A stretch of DNA of 64,000 nt from Desulfobulbus sp. (GTDB taxonomy: Bacteria; Desulfobacterota; Desulfobulbia; Desulfobulbales; Desulfobulbaceae). The first letter of the stretch is position 1. Every line of letters begins with the position of its first letter. The translations under genes and the position numbers were made by a program. Shown in pieces: positions 1 through 10,599 of this stretch. The stretch lies in assembly GCA_009780825.1 (NCBI GenBank), contig WQZH01000007.1, positions 52,696-116,695 of the forward strand. Reading direction: 5' to 3'. Under the pieces are notes generated by a model that saw only the letters and a list, made by a program, of their open reading frames with translations, was not told the DNA's origin and ran no database searches.

Positions 1-1
1 T

Positions 2-826
2 GCGGCCTCGCGCGGCTGCTACTGGAACAGGTGCGGTTTCTGTCCGGAAACGGCGGAGCAGAGCCGCTACCACCCGGTTTCACCGCCCACGGTTCTTGAT
101 CACCTGCACGAATTGCGCGGCCGACTCCAGCCAGTGCTACTCCATCTGCTCGACAACGCAGTCAGCCCCGCAGTGCTGCGCGCGTTCTGCGCACAACCGC
201 CCGGCATCCCCTGGTACGGTTTTGTCCGTTTCCACGAACAACTGGCCGACATCGACTTCTGCCGGCAATTACGCGCCTCCGGCTGCGTGCTGCTCAAACT
301 CGGCCTGGAATCGGGCAGCCAGGCGGTGCTCGATGTGATGGACAAGGGCATCCACCTGGAGATGGCAACGCGGGTACTCCACGCCCTGCGCCAAGCCGGC
401 ATTGCCACCTACGTCTACCTGCTCTTCGGCACACCCACAGAATCACTTGCCGAGGCGCGCCAAACCATGGAGTTCGTCCTGCGCCATCACCAGACCGTCA
501 CCTTCCTCAATCTGGCCATCTTCAATATGCCGATCACCAGTAACGAGGCTCAACAACTGCCGGGCATCGGATTCTCCCCCGGCGACCTGTCGCTCTACCT
601 GGATTTCATCCATCCCCGGGGTTGGGACCGGCGGGCGGTGCGGACCTTCCTTGACCGTGAATTCAGGCGCCAGCCGCGGATTGCCGCCATCCTGCGCCGC
701 GATCCGCCATTTTTTACCTCCAACCATGCTCCGTTCTTTGCCGACTTTCAACCCGATCAATCGTATGGACAGGGGGGAAAGAAGGGCATCCCACCCCACT
801 TTGGAGCGGAAAAAAATCCTCTTTAA
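2..826 (+). CDS. Radical SAM protein, 5'-truncated by the window edge
   Basis: The frame is open from base 2 and reads AASRGCYWNRCGFCPE (CxxxCxxC radical SAM motif), then LKLGLESGSQAVL and YLLFGTP. It continues into the 113..826 ORF. Confidence 0.85.
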   Translation, partial: AASRGCYWNRCGFCPETAEQSRYHPVSPPTVLDHLHELRGRLQPVLLHLLDNAVSPAVLRAFCAQPPGIPWYGFVRFHEQLADIDFCRQLRASGCVLLKLGLESGSQAVLDVMDKGIHLEMATRVLHALRQAGIATYVYLLFGTPTESLAEARQTMEFVLRHHQTVTFLNLAIFNMPITSNEAQQLPGIGFSPGDLSLYLDFIHPRGWDRRAVRTFLDREFRRQPRIAAILRRDPPFFTSNHAPFFADFQPDQSYGQGGKKGIPPHFGAEKNPL

Positions 827-922
827 TGCTAGGTTGACGACAATAGAAAGCCTTGCCGGCTCACTGTCCCGGCCCATCGAATGCCTGCTGCCGCAGGCTT
901 TGCCCTTTTGAAAGGAAACCTC

Positions 923-3900
923 ATGGCTGCACTCGTCGTCCACCTCCATCGCCAGATCAAGCCCGATTTCGCCTACTGTTTCAACATCGAATCCGGCCGC
1001 GCGCTCACACCGGGTGAGACCGAGCGGTTGCGCCTGATCCTGGCCGACGGTTTCCTCATCGACACCGTCACCTTCGAGCCCACTCTGACCGGTGAACGGG
1101 TCGTCGAAATCGGTCCCCGGCTCAACTTCGCCACTGCCTGGTCATCGAACATGGTGTCCATCTGCCGGGCAGTCGGCCTGGACATGGTCACCCGAGTGGA
1201 GCGCTCCCGCCGCTATCTGGCGCCCGAAGGCGAAGATCTCGCGGCCTTTGCCGCCAAACATCACGACCGGATGACCGAATGCGTCTACCCGGCGCCGCTG
1301 ACCAGCTTCGAAACCGGCATCAAACCCGAGCCGGTCTACGAAGTCGATCTGAAAAGCAAGGGGCCGGACGGCCTGCTCGATCTTCCCGGCATCTCCATGG
1401 ACCAGTGGGACCGGGAGCTGTACCACGACTATTTCGTCACGCGCTGTGGCCGCAACCCGACCATTGTCGAGATCATGGACCTCAACAACGCCAACTCCGA
1501 GCATTCGCGCCACGGTTTTTTCCGGGGTAAGCAGGTGATTGACGGCCAGAACTACGACAAGCCGCTGTTCAAGGTGGTCACCGATACCCTGGCCGCCAAT
1601 CCCAAGGGCAGCAAGGTGGCCTTCAAGGACAATTCCAGCGTGATCGAGGGCTCCACCCTGACCACACTCCTGCCCGAGCAACCGGGACAGCCCTCCCCGC
1701 TGCGCGAGGCCACGGTCTGCTACCATCCCCTGCTCACCGCCGAGACCCACAACTTCCCCACCGGCGTCGCCCCCTTTCCCGGCGCCGAAACCGGCACCGG
1801 CGGCCGCATCCGCGACGTGCAAGGGACCGGGCGGGGCGGATTGGTCATGGCCGGAACCGCTGGTTACTGCGTGGCCAGCCTCCACATCCCCGACTATCCG
1901 CTCCCCTGGGAACACGACTACGCCTGTCCAGACACCCTGGCCCCGGCCCTGGAAATCGAAATCGAGGCCAGCAACGGCGCCTCGGACTACGGCAACAAAT
2001 TCGGCGAGCCGCTGGTGCAAGGTTTTACCCGCAGCTTCGACCTGCGCCTGGAGAACGGCGAGCGTTGGGGGTTTCTCAAACCGATCATGTTCACCGGCGG
2101 CATCGGTCAGATCGACGACCGGCATACCGAAAAGAAGCAGGCCAGCAAGGGGATGCTGATCGTCCAGGTGGGCGGCCCGGCCTACCGGGTCGGTTTCGGC
2201 GGCGGCGCGGCCTCGTCGATGATGCAGGGCGAAAACGAATCCACGCTCGATTTCGACGCGGTCCAACGGGGCGACGCCGAGATGGAGCAGAAGATGAACC
2301 GGGTGATCCGCGCCTGCAACGAGATGGGCGACATGAGTCTGATCGACGTCATCCACGACCAGGGCGCCGGCGGCCCGGCCAACGTGCTCAAGGAACTGGT
2401 CGAACACGCCGGCGGCCGGGTGGCAATCCGCAATATCCGGGTGGGCGATCCGACCATGTCGGTTTTGGAAATCTACGTGGCCGAATATCAGGAGCGGGTG
2501 GGTCTGCTGATCAGTCCCGAGAACATCGAGCACTTCCAGCGCATCTGCGAGCGGGAGAAGGTGGCCTGCGAGATCCTGGGCGAAGTCACCGGCGATCTGC
2601 GCTTTGTTGTCCATGACAGCCAGGACAACTCCACCCCGGTGGACATCGAGATTCCTGAGCTGCTCGGCAAGATTCCACAAAAAACCTTCACCGACAACCG
2701 TACCTGTCTTCCTTTGTCCCCCTTTGTCTTCCCCAAGGATCTGGACGTGCGGGAGGCCCTGCACCGGGTGCTGCGACTGGTGTCGGTGGGTTCTAAACGT
2801 TTTCTCACCAACAAGGTCGACCGGGCGGTCACCGGCCTGATCGCCCAGCAGCAGTGTTGCGGCCCGTTACAGTTGCCCGTCGGCGATGTGGCGGTGGTGG
2901 CCCAAAGCCATTTCGGCCACACCGGCATCGCCACGGCCATTGGTGAGCAGCCGATCAAGATGCTGGCGCATCCTGCGGCCGGGGCGCGGATGGCGGTGGG
3001 CGAGGCGCTGACCAATTTGGTCTGGGCCCGGATCAGGGATCTGGAGCAGGTCAAGTGCTCGGCCAACTGGATGTGGGCGCCGAAGCTGCCCGGCGAGGGA
3101 GCGGCCCTCCGCGACGCCGCCGAGGCCATGGCCGCGGCGATGATCGAGGTGGGCATCGCGGTGGACGGCGGCAAGGACAGCCTATCCATGGCGGCCAAGG
3201 TGGGCGACGAAGTGGTCAAGTCGCCGCGCGAACTGGTGATTTCTTTGTATGCGGCCATGGCCGACATCCGCAAAAAGGTCACCCCGGAGATCAAGGAGCC
3301 CGATTCTGCCCTGCTGCTGGTCGATCTCTCCGGCGGCAAAAATCGCCTGGGCGGCAGCGCCCTGGCCCAGATCTGCGGCCAGATCGGCGACGAGGTGCCG
3401 GACATGGACGATCCGCTCCTGGTCAAGCGGGCCTTTGGCGCTGTGCAGTACCTGATCGAAAACAGCCTGATCCGCTCCGGTCACGACCGCAGCGACGGCG
3501 GTCTGATCACCACCTTGCTGGAGATGGCCTTTGCCGGCAACTGCGGCCTCAATCTGGCGCTCAGCAGCCAGAGTTCGGCGCTGGAGGCCCTGTTTGCCGA
3601 GGAGCTTGGTCTGGTGATCGAATGCGGCTGGGACCATCTGGCCGAAGTCAAGCAGCGGTTCGAACAGGCCAAGGTCCCCTGTGTGGTGATTGGCTCCAGT
3701 ACCGCGAAAAAGGCCGTTACTATCCAGTACAACGGACATCTGGTCCTAGACGACGCCATGGTCCTGCTCCGTCAGTGGTGGGAGGAGACCAGCTACCAAC
3801 TGGAACGGCTGCAGGTTGCCCCTGAGTGCGCTGATGCGGAAAAATACCACATCTTCGACCGCCAGGGTCCGGAGTACGCCTTAAGATTCAAGCCCGAGGC

Positions 3901-4723
3901 CACCGCGCCGGCCATCCTGCGGCAAAAAGACAAGCCCATGGTGGCTATCCTCCGCGACGAGGGATCCAACTCCGACCGCGAGATGAGCTCCGCCTTTTAC
4001 GCCGCCGGATTCGAGCCCTGGGACGTGACCATGACCGACCTGTTGGCTGGCCGGATCGATCTGGTCCGCTTCCGGGGCATCGCGGCAGTGGGCGGTTTTT
4101 CCTACGCCGACGTGCCGGAAAGCGCCAAGGGATGGGCCGCGACCATCCGCTTCAACCAGCGGCTCCAGGCCCAGTTCCACGCGTTCTACAACCGCCCGGA
4201 CACCTTTACCCTGGGCATCTGCAACGGTTGCCAGCTGTTCGGCCTGCTCGGTTGGGTACCTTGGCAGGGCATCGAGGCCGAACAACAGCCCCGCTTCATC
4301 CATAACCTCAGCGGCCGATTCGAATCCCGCTGGTCCACAGTCAAAGTCCTGCCTAGCAGGGCGATCATGCTCCAAGGCATGGAGGGGCTGGTCTTCGGGA
4401 TCCATGTCGATCATGGCGAGGGCTTTCTGCACTTTCCGGATACAACCATCCGGGAACGGGTCTGGAACGAGCAGATGGCCGCCGTGGTATTCGTCGACGA
4501 CAGCGGCCAGCCCACCGAGGCCTATCCGTTCAACCCCAACGGCTCACCCGGCGGCCTCACCGGTCTCTGTTCACCCGACGGCCGCCACCTGGCGATGATG
4601 CCGCATCCCGAACGGGCCTTCCTTCCCTGGCAGTGCCACTGGCTGCCCCAATCAATGCACGAACTGCCGGTCAGCCCCTGGCTGCGGATGTTCCAGAACG
4701 CCTACACCTGGTGCATGGGTTGA
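923..4723 (+). CDS. purL: Phosphoribosylformylglycinamidine synthase, large single-chain type with fused glutaminase domain
   Basis: Motifs NSEHSRH, ETHNFPT..GTGGRIRD, IHDQGAGG, DGGKDSLSM, GHDRSDGG, GGFSYAD, LGICNGCQ and MMPHPER. RBS aaagga at 911-916 before ATG 923. Confidence 0.97.
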   Translation: MAALVVHLHRQIKPDFAYCFNIESGRALTPGETERLRLILADGFLIDTVTFEPTLTGERVVEIGPRLNFATAWSSNMVSICRAVGLDMVTRVERSRRYLAPEGEDLAAFAAKHHDRMTECVYPAPLTSFETGIKPEPVYEVDLKSKGPDGLLDLPGISMDQWDRELYHDYFVTRCGRNPTIVEIMDLNNANSEHSRHGFFRGKQVIDGQNYDKPLFKVVTDTLAANPKGSKVAFKDNSSVIEGSTLTTLLPEQPGQPSPLREATVCYHPLLTAETHNFPTGVAPFPGAETGTGGRIRDVQGTGRGGLVMAGTAGYCVASLHIPDYPLPWEHDYACPDTLAPALEIEIEASNGASDYGNKFGEPLVQGFTRSFDLRLENGERWGFLKPIMFTGGIGQIDDRHTEKKQASKGMLIVQVGGPAYRVGFGGGAASSMMQGENESTLDFDAVQRGDAEMEQKMNRVIRACNEMGDMSLIDVIHDQGAGGPANVLKELVEHAGGRVAIRNIRVGDPTMSVLEIYVAEYQERVGLLISPENIEHFQRICEREKVACEILGEVTGDLRFVVHDSQDNSTPVDIEIPELLGKIPQKTFTDNRTCLPLSPFVFPKDLDVREALHRVLRLVSVGSKRFLTNKVDRAVTGLIAQQQCCGPLQLPVGDVAVVAQSHFGHTGIATAIGEQPIKMLAHPAAGARMAVGEALTNLVWARIRDLEQVKCSANWMWAPKLPGEGAALRDAAEAMAAAMIEVGIAVDGGKDSLSMAAKVGDEVVKSPRELVISLYAAMADIRKKVTPEIKEPDSALLLVDLSGGKNRLGGSALAQICGQIGDEVPDMDDPLLVKRAFGAVQYLIENSLIRSGHDRSDGGLITTLLEMAFAGNCGLNLALSSQSSALEALFAEELGLVIECGWDHLAEVKQRFEQAKVPCVVIGSSTAKKAVTIQYNGHLVLDDAMVLLRQWWEETSYQLERLQVAPECADAEKYHIFDRQGPEYALRFKPEATAPAILRQKDKPMVAILRDEGSNSDREMSSAFYAAGFEPWDVTMTDLLAGRIDLVRFRGIAAVGGFSYADVPESAKGWAATIRFNQRLQAQFHAFYNRPDTFTLGICNGCQLFGLLGWVPWQGIEAEQQPRFIHNLSGRFESRWSTVKVLPSRAIMLQGMEGLVFGIHVDHGEGFLHFPDTTIRERVWNEQMAAVVFVDDSGQPTEAYPFNPNGSPGGLTGLCSPDGRHLAMMPHPERAFLPWQCHWLPQSMHELPVSPWLRMFQNAYTWCMG

Positions 4724-4752
4724 GCGGATTGGGGGAGGAGGGAGGTGTGCCT

Positions 4753-4768
4753 GTCGGCTTGCGCCGAC
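4753..4768. terminator. Hairpin between convergent purL and the polysaccharide locus
   Basis: gtcggc-ttgc-gccgac perfect stem; no clear U-tract. Confidence 0.3.
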
Positions 4769-4819
4769 CTCCTGTGAAGTGATGCAAGGGTAAAAACAAC
4801 TGCCGATACGACTTCAGGA

Positions 4820-5100
4820 TCAGTGGGCGACTCCGTCGCGGCGGCTGACCCGCACCAGGGTCAGCCAGAGGATAGCAATATCGAACCAAAAGGATTGGCG
4901 GCGCAGCCACTCCATCCAGTTCGACTTTTCTCGGGATAAAGAGTCCGTCGCGGCCATTGATCTGCGCCCAACCCGGCATGCTCGAAACCAGCGCATGCGC
5001 CTCCTGTTCGGTCACGCAGGGCGATCCCCCGCAGGGAACGGCCAGGGGAACGAGGATGATCTCACGGACACAGTCAGAGGTCAAAGCAGCGCTTCAACAC
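4820..5100 (-). pseudogene. Remnant of an undecaprenyl-phosphate sugar transferase (Bac_transf family)
   Basis: Begins VLKRCFDL* overlapping the epimerase stop. After a large internal deletion, frame-switching segments read IALR / EQEAHALV..PGWAQINGRDGLFIPRKVELD / EWLRRQSFWFDIAILWLTLVRVSRRDGVAH*, matching the family C-terminus (GWAQxNGRD, RRDGVxH). Confidence 0.8.
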
Positions 5101-6044
5101 CCGAACATCTCCCGCAGCCCTTCGCGCAGAGAAACCGCTGCCTGCCAGCCCAATTCCCGCTCGATCCGCGCCGAAGAATACCAGGCCGAGCCCAGCAGAC
5201 GGGCCACGGCCTCACTGTCGAGCGGCACGCGCCGTTGGCGCAGAATTGCGAGCCTATCGCCGCATCGGGCAGCGCCGCGCAAAACAATTGCAGGAATACT
5301 CCACCGGCAAGGCGGCAACCCCAGCACCTCACGCAGGGCATCATACAACTGCCGCCCGGATGGCGCCTCCGATCCCGCGACAATATAGGTCCTGCCGTTG
5401 GCCCGGTCGTCTTCCGCCACCCGCAGCATGGCGGCAACCACATCATCGACATGAACCAGCGAACGGCGATTGCCTGTCTCAGGCAAAGGCGGGAACAAAC
5501 CACGCCCCACCAGCCGTCCCATGCGTTCGAGATTGCCCTGGCCACCGGAGCCGTAGACCATGGGCAAGCGCAAATTGACCACGTGCATGCCGTGCCGCCG
5601 GCCAGCTTCCAGCACTGCCTCCTCGGCTGCCCGCTTGGATTGTCCATAGGCTGTTTCCGGCTTTCCCGGAAAATCTTCATCGGCGCACATATCCCCTGGT
5701 TCGGCCATGGCCTCGACGCTCGAAAGAAAAACGAAGCGCTGAACACCGACCTGTCCAGCCGCCTCGATCAGGTTGCTTGTCCCCTCGAAGTTGACCAGCC
5801 AATGCTGCCCGGCATCGCGCCGCGACAAAGCGGCAAGGGCATGGTCATGGCCGGCGCAGTGGAAGACCGTTTGCGCCCCCTGGCAGGCGACGCTCAGTGC
5901 CGCGGGATCGTCCAAAGACGCGATGCAGGTTGCCATGCCTGGGACAAGGCGTTTGCCCAAGGCCATGCACACTACGCCCCGATGGCCCAGCGCCCGCGCC
6001 AGACGGCTGCCGATGAACCCAGTCGCTCCGGAAATCAATGGCAT
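5094..6044 (-). CDS. NAD-dependent epimerase/dehydratase
   Basis: GATGFIG Rossmann motif, FVFLSS, YGQSK (YxxxK), NLRLPMVYG; GGAGG RBS. Confidence 0.92.
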   Translation of the reverse strand: MPLISGATGFIGSRLARALGHRGVVCMALGKRLVPGMATCIASLDDPAALSVACQGAQTVFHCAGHDHALAALSRRDAGQHWLVNFEGTSNLIEAAGQVGVQRFVFLSSVEAMAEPGDMCADEDFPGKPETAYGQSKRAAEEAVLEAGRRHGMHVVNLRLPMVYGSGGQGNLERMGRLVGRGLFPPLPETGNRRSLVHVDDVVAAMLRVAEDDRANGRTYIVAGSEAPSGRQLYDALREVLGLPPCRWSIPAIVLRGAARCGDRLAILRQRRVPLDSEAVARLLGSAWYSSARIERELGWQAAVSLREGLREMFGC

Positions 6045-6046
6045 CC

Positions 6047-6141
6047 ATCACCTCCTGGACAAAATCGGCATACGCCCGCCCCAAGGCTGGACCAGCAAAC
6101 AACCGCTCATAGCGTACCCGCCCATCTCGCACCAGCCCCAA
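6047..6141 (-). pseudogene. Probable C-terminal remnant of a GT4 glycosyltransferase
   Basis: The fragment RVRYERLFAGPALGRAYADFVQEV resembles the terminal helices of GT4 (WbpZ-like) enzymes. Only about 250 nt separate manB from the epimerase, and upstream frames contain stops. Confidence 0.45.
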
Positions 6142-6296
6142 TACCCTCCGGCATCACAATGTTGCCCGCCAAGTCCGCCGCCACCAGCGGCTCAGCGAAA
6201 ATTCTCCCATGGTTATGAGGCAGCGCTGCCCCGCCTTCTCATGCAATCCCAAGGACATTCTCGGCAAGGTCCACAGGGCACTGAGCATGGGCGCCA

Positions 6297-7664
6297 TCAG
6301 CTACTCTCCACAACAATCCGTTCGATCTCGCCAACACGGTCGCCAACCGGCGCGGCATTGCCTCTGGCCTCGACATTGAGCCGCAGCAAGGGCTCGGTGT
6401 TGGAGGAGCGCAGGTTGAACCGCCAGTCGGCAAACTCAAGGCCGATGCCATCGGTGCGGTCCACTACCAGTGGGTTCTGACCAACAAAATGCGCCTCCAC
6501 CCGCTGCATCGCCGCCTGGGCGTCGCCCACTCGGTAGTTGATCTCGCCGCTACAGGGGAAGGCGGCCTCTCGGTCTCCGACCAGGATGGAAAGCGGTTTG
6601 CCGGTGGCGCTCATCAATCCGGCCACCAGCAGCCAGGGGATCATGCCGCTGTCGCAGTAGGCGAACTCGCGAAAATAATGGTGTGCGCTCATCTCGCCGC
6701 CATAAATGGCGTTCTCGGCGCGCATCCGCTCTTTAATGAAGGCGTGCCCTGTCTTGCTCTGAACGGCAATGCCGCCAGCATGCCGCACGATGTCGATGGT
6801 GTTCCAGGTCAGGCGAGGATCGTGAATGATTTTCTCCCCGGGATGGCGGGCGAGAAAGGCCGCCGCCAGCAGACCGACGATATAGTAGCCTTCGATGAAT
6901 TTGCCGGTTTCGTCGAAGAGGAAGCATCGATCAAAATCGCCGTCCCAGGCGATGCCCATGTCCGCCCGGTGCGCTCTCACGGCTGCGGCGGTAGCGGCCC
7001 TGTTTTCAGGAAGCAGCGGGTTGGGAATGCCGTTGGGAAAGGTTGGGTCTGGTTCGTGGTGCATTTTGATGCATTCGATCGGGACCGCCAGGTCGCGAAA
7101 CCGCGCCTCCAGGGCATCGATCACATGCCCGGCCACGCCGTTGCCGGCATTAGCGACCAGCCGCAGGGGACGCAGCCGCGCTGGTTCGATATAGCCCAGC
7201 AGATGGTCGATGTACGGAGCGAGTATGGAGCCGTGGTGCAGTGTTCCGCGCTTGGCCGCATGCACGAAGGCGTTGGCGCTGGCCAAACGCTCGATCTCCC
7301 GGAGACCGGAATCGCCGCTGATTGGTTGCGCCCCTTGGCGGACCAGCTTCATCCCGTTGTAATCCATGGGATTGTGGCTGGCGGTAACCGCGATCCCGCC
7401 GTCGACATCCAGGTGAAAAGCGGCGAAATAAACCTCTTCGGTTCCAGTCTGGCCGATATCGACGACATCCACGCCGACATCCATCAACCCTTCGGCCACG
7501 GCCTGTTTGAGCGCCGGGCTGGTGAGGCGGGCATCGCAGCCGACAACCACTCTCCGGGGATGAAAATATTCGCCATACGCCCTACCGATGCGGCGAGCGA
7601 TCTCTTCGTCAAGGTCCACACCCAGCCGACCGCGAATATCATACGCCTTGCAACAGGAAAGCAT
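6297..7664 (-). CDS. manB: Phosphomannomutase
   Basis: KAYDIRG, VTASHNP phosphoserine loop, [18 protein letters not shown]; start overlaps the manC stop (TAATG). Confidence 0.95.
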   Translation of the reverse strand: MLSCCKAYDIRGRLGVDLDEEIARRIGRAYGEYFHPRRVVVGCDARLTSPALKQAVAEGLMDVGVDVVDIGQTGTEEVYFAAFHLDVDGGIAVTASHNPMDYNGMKLVRQGAQPISGDSGLREIERLASANAFVHAAKRGTLHHGSILAPYIDHLLGYIEPARLRPLRLVANAGNGVAGHVIDALEARFRDLAVPIECIKMHHEPDPTFPNGIPNPLLPENRAATAAAVRAHRADMGIAWDGDFDRCFLFDETGKFIEGYYIVGLLAAAFLARHPGEKIIHDPRLTWNTIDIVRHAGGIAVQSKTGHAFIKERMRAENAIYGGEMSAHHYFREFAYCDSGMIPWLLVAGLMSATGKPLSILVGDREAAFPCSGEINYRVGDAQAAMQRVEAHFVGQNPLVVDRTDGIGLEFADWRFNLRSSNTEPLLRLNVEARGNAAPVGDRVGEIERIVVESS

Positions 7665-9097
7665 TATTGACACCGTCCGTATTGATCGAGCAGACGGACA
7701 ATATCGTCCTCTCCCAGGTATTCGCCGCTCTGTACCTCGATCATGACCAGATTGAGTATGCCGGGATTTTCTAGTCGATGGGCGCAGCCGGCGGGAATGT
7801 AAGTGGATTCGTTGGCGCCGACCAGCATCTCCTTGTCGCCGTTGACCACCTTAGCCATGCCGCTGACCACGATCCAGTGCTCGCTGCGATGATGGTGCAT
7901 CTGCAGGCTGAGACTGGCCCCTGGCTTGACTTCGATCCGCTTGATCTTGAACCGAGACCCCTCCTCGAGCACAGTATAGGTGCCCCAAGGTCGAACAACC
8001 GTGCGGTGCAGCCTGTAGGCATCGTGGTTCTGCTGTTTGAGCCGGTCCACCACCTTTCTTACATCCTGAACCTTGTCCGGATGCACGATGAGCAGGGCGT
8101 CGGCCGTATCAATGACAATCAAATTCTCAATGCCGACCGTGGCAACGAGACGATCTTCATTATGGACATAGACATTCCGGCTGTTGCAGAAAATCGTCTC
8201 TCCCGTACTCCGGTTATTGTCGGCATCGCCGTCGACGAGTTGACTGACGGCGTTCCAGGAACCGATATCGCTCCATCCCATGTCCACCGGCACCACGGCG
8301 ATGTCGGCCGAGCGCTCCATCAGGGCATAATCGATCGAAATATCGGGAAAACGCTTGAAGTCGTCCTGCGGGATTTCCTGCATTGCCGCATGCGGCTGGC
8401 CGGATGCGTTCATGGTATCCCAGCATGCCCGCGCCGCCTCGAAAACATCCGGGGCGTGCCTGGCCATCTGGTCCAGCACCGTTCCGGCGGCAAAGCAGAA
8501 CATGCCCGCGTTCCAGAAGTAATTTCCTGCCGCCAGGTACTGTTTGGCAATATCGGAGTCAGGCTTTTCCACGAACCGGTTGACGGTCTTCCCCGCAGCC
8601 AGATCCCCGCCGGCTTCTATATAGCCAAAGCCTGTTTCCGGTGCATTCGGAACGATCCCGAAGGTCACCATCAGTCCTTGTCCGGCAAGCGTCCGCGCAT
8701 CGGCGACCGCACGGACAAAGGCGGAATGATCCCGCACCAGGTGATCGGCAGGCAAGACCAGCAAACAGGCCGAGGGCCCGAATGCGTCCCTGATGTGCAA
8801 GGCAGCCATGGCAACCGCAGCGGCGGTATTGCGGCCAAAAGGCTCAAGCAGAAAATGCGCCTGCACCGCCTCGCCAATTCCCGCTCTGGCCAATTCGTCC
8901 TTGCTGGTGAAATAGTAGTCCCGGTTGGTGACGGTGAAAACATGTCCGCCTTCGGCGACCGAAGCGGCTCTTTGATATGTTTTGCACAACAGGCTTTGGC
9001 CATCGGCCATTTTCATGAACGGTTTGGGGTGTCCTTCGCGGGAAACCGGCCACAGGCGGGTCCCCGAACCTCCTGAGAGAATGACAGGGATAAGCAT
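7664..9097 (-). CDS. manC: Mannose-1-phosphate guanylyltransferase / mannose-6-phosphate isomerase
   Basis: [41 protein letters not shown], and a C-terminal cupin ([18 protein letters not shown]). Confidence 0.96.
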   Translation of the reverse strand: MLIPVILSGGSGTRLWPVSREGHPKPFMKMADGQSLLCKTYQRAASVAEGGHVFTVTNRDYYFTSKDELARAGIGEAVQAHFLLEPFGRNTAAAVAMAALHIRDAFGPSACLLVLPADHLVRDHSAFVRAVADARTLAGQGLMVTFGIVPNAPETGFGYIEAGGDLAAGKTVNRFVEKPDSDIAKQYLAAGNYFWNAGMFCFAAGTVLDQMARHAPDVFEAARACWDTMNASGQPHAAMQEIPQDDFKRFPDISIDYALMERSADIAVVPVDMGWSDIGSWNAVSQLVDGDADNNRSTGETIFCNSRNVYVHNEDRLVATVGIENLIVIDTADALLIVHPDKVQDVRKVVDRLKQQNHDAYRLHRTVVRPWGTYTVLEEGSRFKIKRIEVKPGASLSLQMHHHRSEHWIVVSGMAKVVNGDKEMLVGANESTYIPAGCAHRLENPGILNLVMIEVQSGEYLGEDDIVRLLDQYGRCQ

Positions 9098-9166
9098 AAT
9101 CAGTCCTCGATACCAATTGATAATAAGTTATAAACTCTTCCAAGAACGTTGACCGCCGCCGTGCGG

Positions 9167-9715
9167 CTATGCAAACAGTTCGCCTTGGCCAAGAGTCTTG
9201 CCCGCCGTATCTTTCGCGGCTAACCGCGGCTTGCCGTGGATGGGCCAGGCAATCGCCAATTGCGGATCGGACCAGAGGAGACTCCGCTCACTCTCCGGGG
9301 CGTAATAATCCGTGGTTTTGTAAAGGAACTCGGCGGATTCGCTGATCACTAAAAAACCATGGGCACAACCTGCGGGAATCCAGAGCTGCTTCTTGTTCTC
9401 GGCGCTGAGATATTCCCCTGCCCATTGGCCGAAGGTCGGAGAGCTTCGGCGAATATCGACGGCCACATCAAATACCTCTCCAGCCACGCAACGCACCAGT
9501 TTGCCCTGAGCGGCTGGCGGCAGTTGATAATGAAGCCCCCGAAGCACCCCCTTGACCGATCGGGAGTGATTATCCTGGACAAAACGGACATCAAGCCCAG
9601 TTATTTGCCGGAAAAGGCGCTCGTTAAAGCTTTCGTAAAAAAAACCGCGTTCATCCGTATACACTTTTGGCTCAATGAGCAACACATCAAAAATCGCCGT
9701 AGCCGTCACCCGCAT
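9167..9715 (-). CDS. rmlC: dTDP-4-dehydrorhamnose 3,5-epimerase
   Basis: DERGFFYESF, VQDNHSRS, LRGLHYQ, AVDIRRSSPTFG, AHGF. Confidence 0.96.
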   Translation of the reverse strand: MRVTATAIFDVLLIEPKVYTDERGFFYESFNERLFRQITGLDVRFVQDNHSRSVKGVLRGLHYQLPPAAQGKLVRCVAGEVFDVAVDIRRSSPTFGQWAGEYLSAENKKQLWIPAGCAHGFLVISESAEFLYKTTDYYAPESERSLLWSDPQLAIAWPIHGKPRLAAKDTAGKTLGQGELFA

Positions 9716-10593
9716 CAGAACACCTTTTCCTTCAAGATTGCCGACAGGTACTGACCATAGCCGTTTTGGGACAGTTCCCGGGCCAAATCCGCCAGATGCC
9801 CGGCGTCAATCCAACCTTGACGATAGGCGATTTCTTCCGGACACGCCACCTTTAATCCCTGCCGTTTTTCAATAGTCCGGACGAATTGCCCGGCCTCCAG
9901 CATGGATTCATGAGTGCCGGTATCGAGCCAGGCATAGCCGCGACCCATGATTGCCACATGCAGACGGTTTTGCTCAAGGTACACCCTGTTGACATCGGTG
10001 ATCTCCAATTCCCCCCGCGCCGACGGCTTGATGGTCTTGGCGATATCGATCACCTCGTTGTCATAAAAATACAACCCGGTCACCGCGTAGTTGCTTATGG
10101 TCGACTTGGGCTTCTCTTCAATACTGGTTGCCTGTCCATGGTGGTCGAAGGCTACCACGCCGTAGCGTTCCGGATCATTCACCCGGTAGGCGAAAATGCT
10201 TGCGCCTGTCGCCCGCCCGCTGGCGTCAGCCAATAGTTTGTACAGGTTATGCCCATAAAAGATATTGTCACCCAGAATGAGGGCGACCATATCCTTGCCG
10301 ATAAACTGTTCACCGATGAGAAAGGCTTGCGCCAACCCGCCTGGATTGGGTTGGACAGCGTAGCAGAGGTTGAGTCCCCATCGGCGGCCATCGCCGAGCA
10401 GTTGCTCGAAACGAGGGGTATCCTGTGGGGTAGAGATGACCAAAATATCCCGGATATTCGCCAGCATGAGCGTAGACAGGGGATAGTAGATCATCGGTTT
10501 GTCAAAAATAGGCAACAGCTGTTTGGAAACAGCCAGCGTGGCCGGATACAGCCGAGTGCCGCTGCCCCCGGCTAGAATGATTCCCTTGCGCAT
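9715..10593 (-). CDS. rmlA: Glucose-1-phosphate thymidylyltransferase
   Basis: [49 protein letters not shown]. Confidence 0.97.
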   Translation of the reverse strand: MRKGIILAGGSGTRLYPATLAVSKQLLPIFDKPMIYYPLSTLMLANIRDILVISTPQDTPRFEQLLGDGRRWGLNLCYAVQPNPGGLAQAFLIGEQFIGKDMVALILGDNIFYGHNLYKLLADASGRATGASIFAYRVNDPERYGVVAFDHHGQATSIEEKPKSTISNYAVTGLYFYDNEVIDIAKTIKPSARGELEITDVNRVYLEQNRLHVAIMGRGYAWLDTGTHESMLEAGQFVRTIEKRQGLKVACPEEIAYRQGWIDAGHLADLARELSQNGYGQYLSAILKEKVF

Positions 10594-10599
10594 AATCAA

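Noticed and set aside
4900-5084. ORF 4671..5084 resembling pterin-4a-carbinolamine dehydratase (PC..SPCVTEQE...PGW..RDG)
   Set aside because: The same bases fit the sugar-transferase motif GWAQINGRD better, and the adjacent frame supplies that family's C-terminus.
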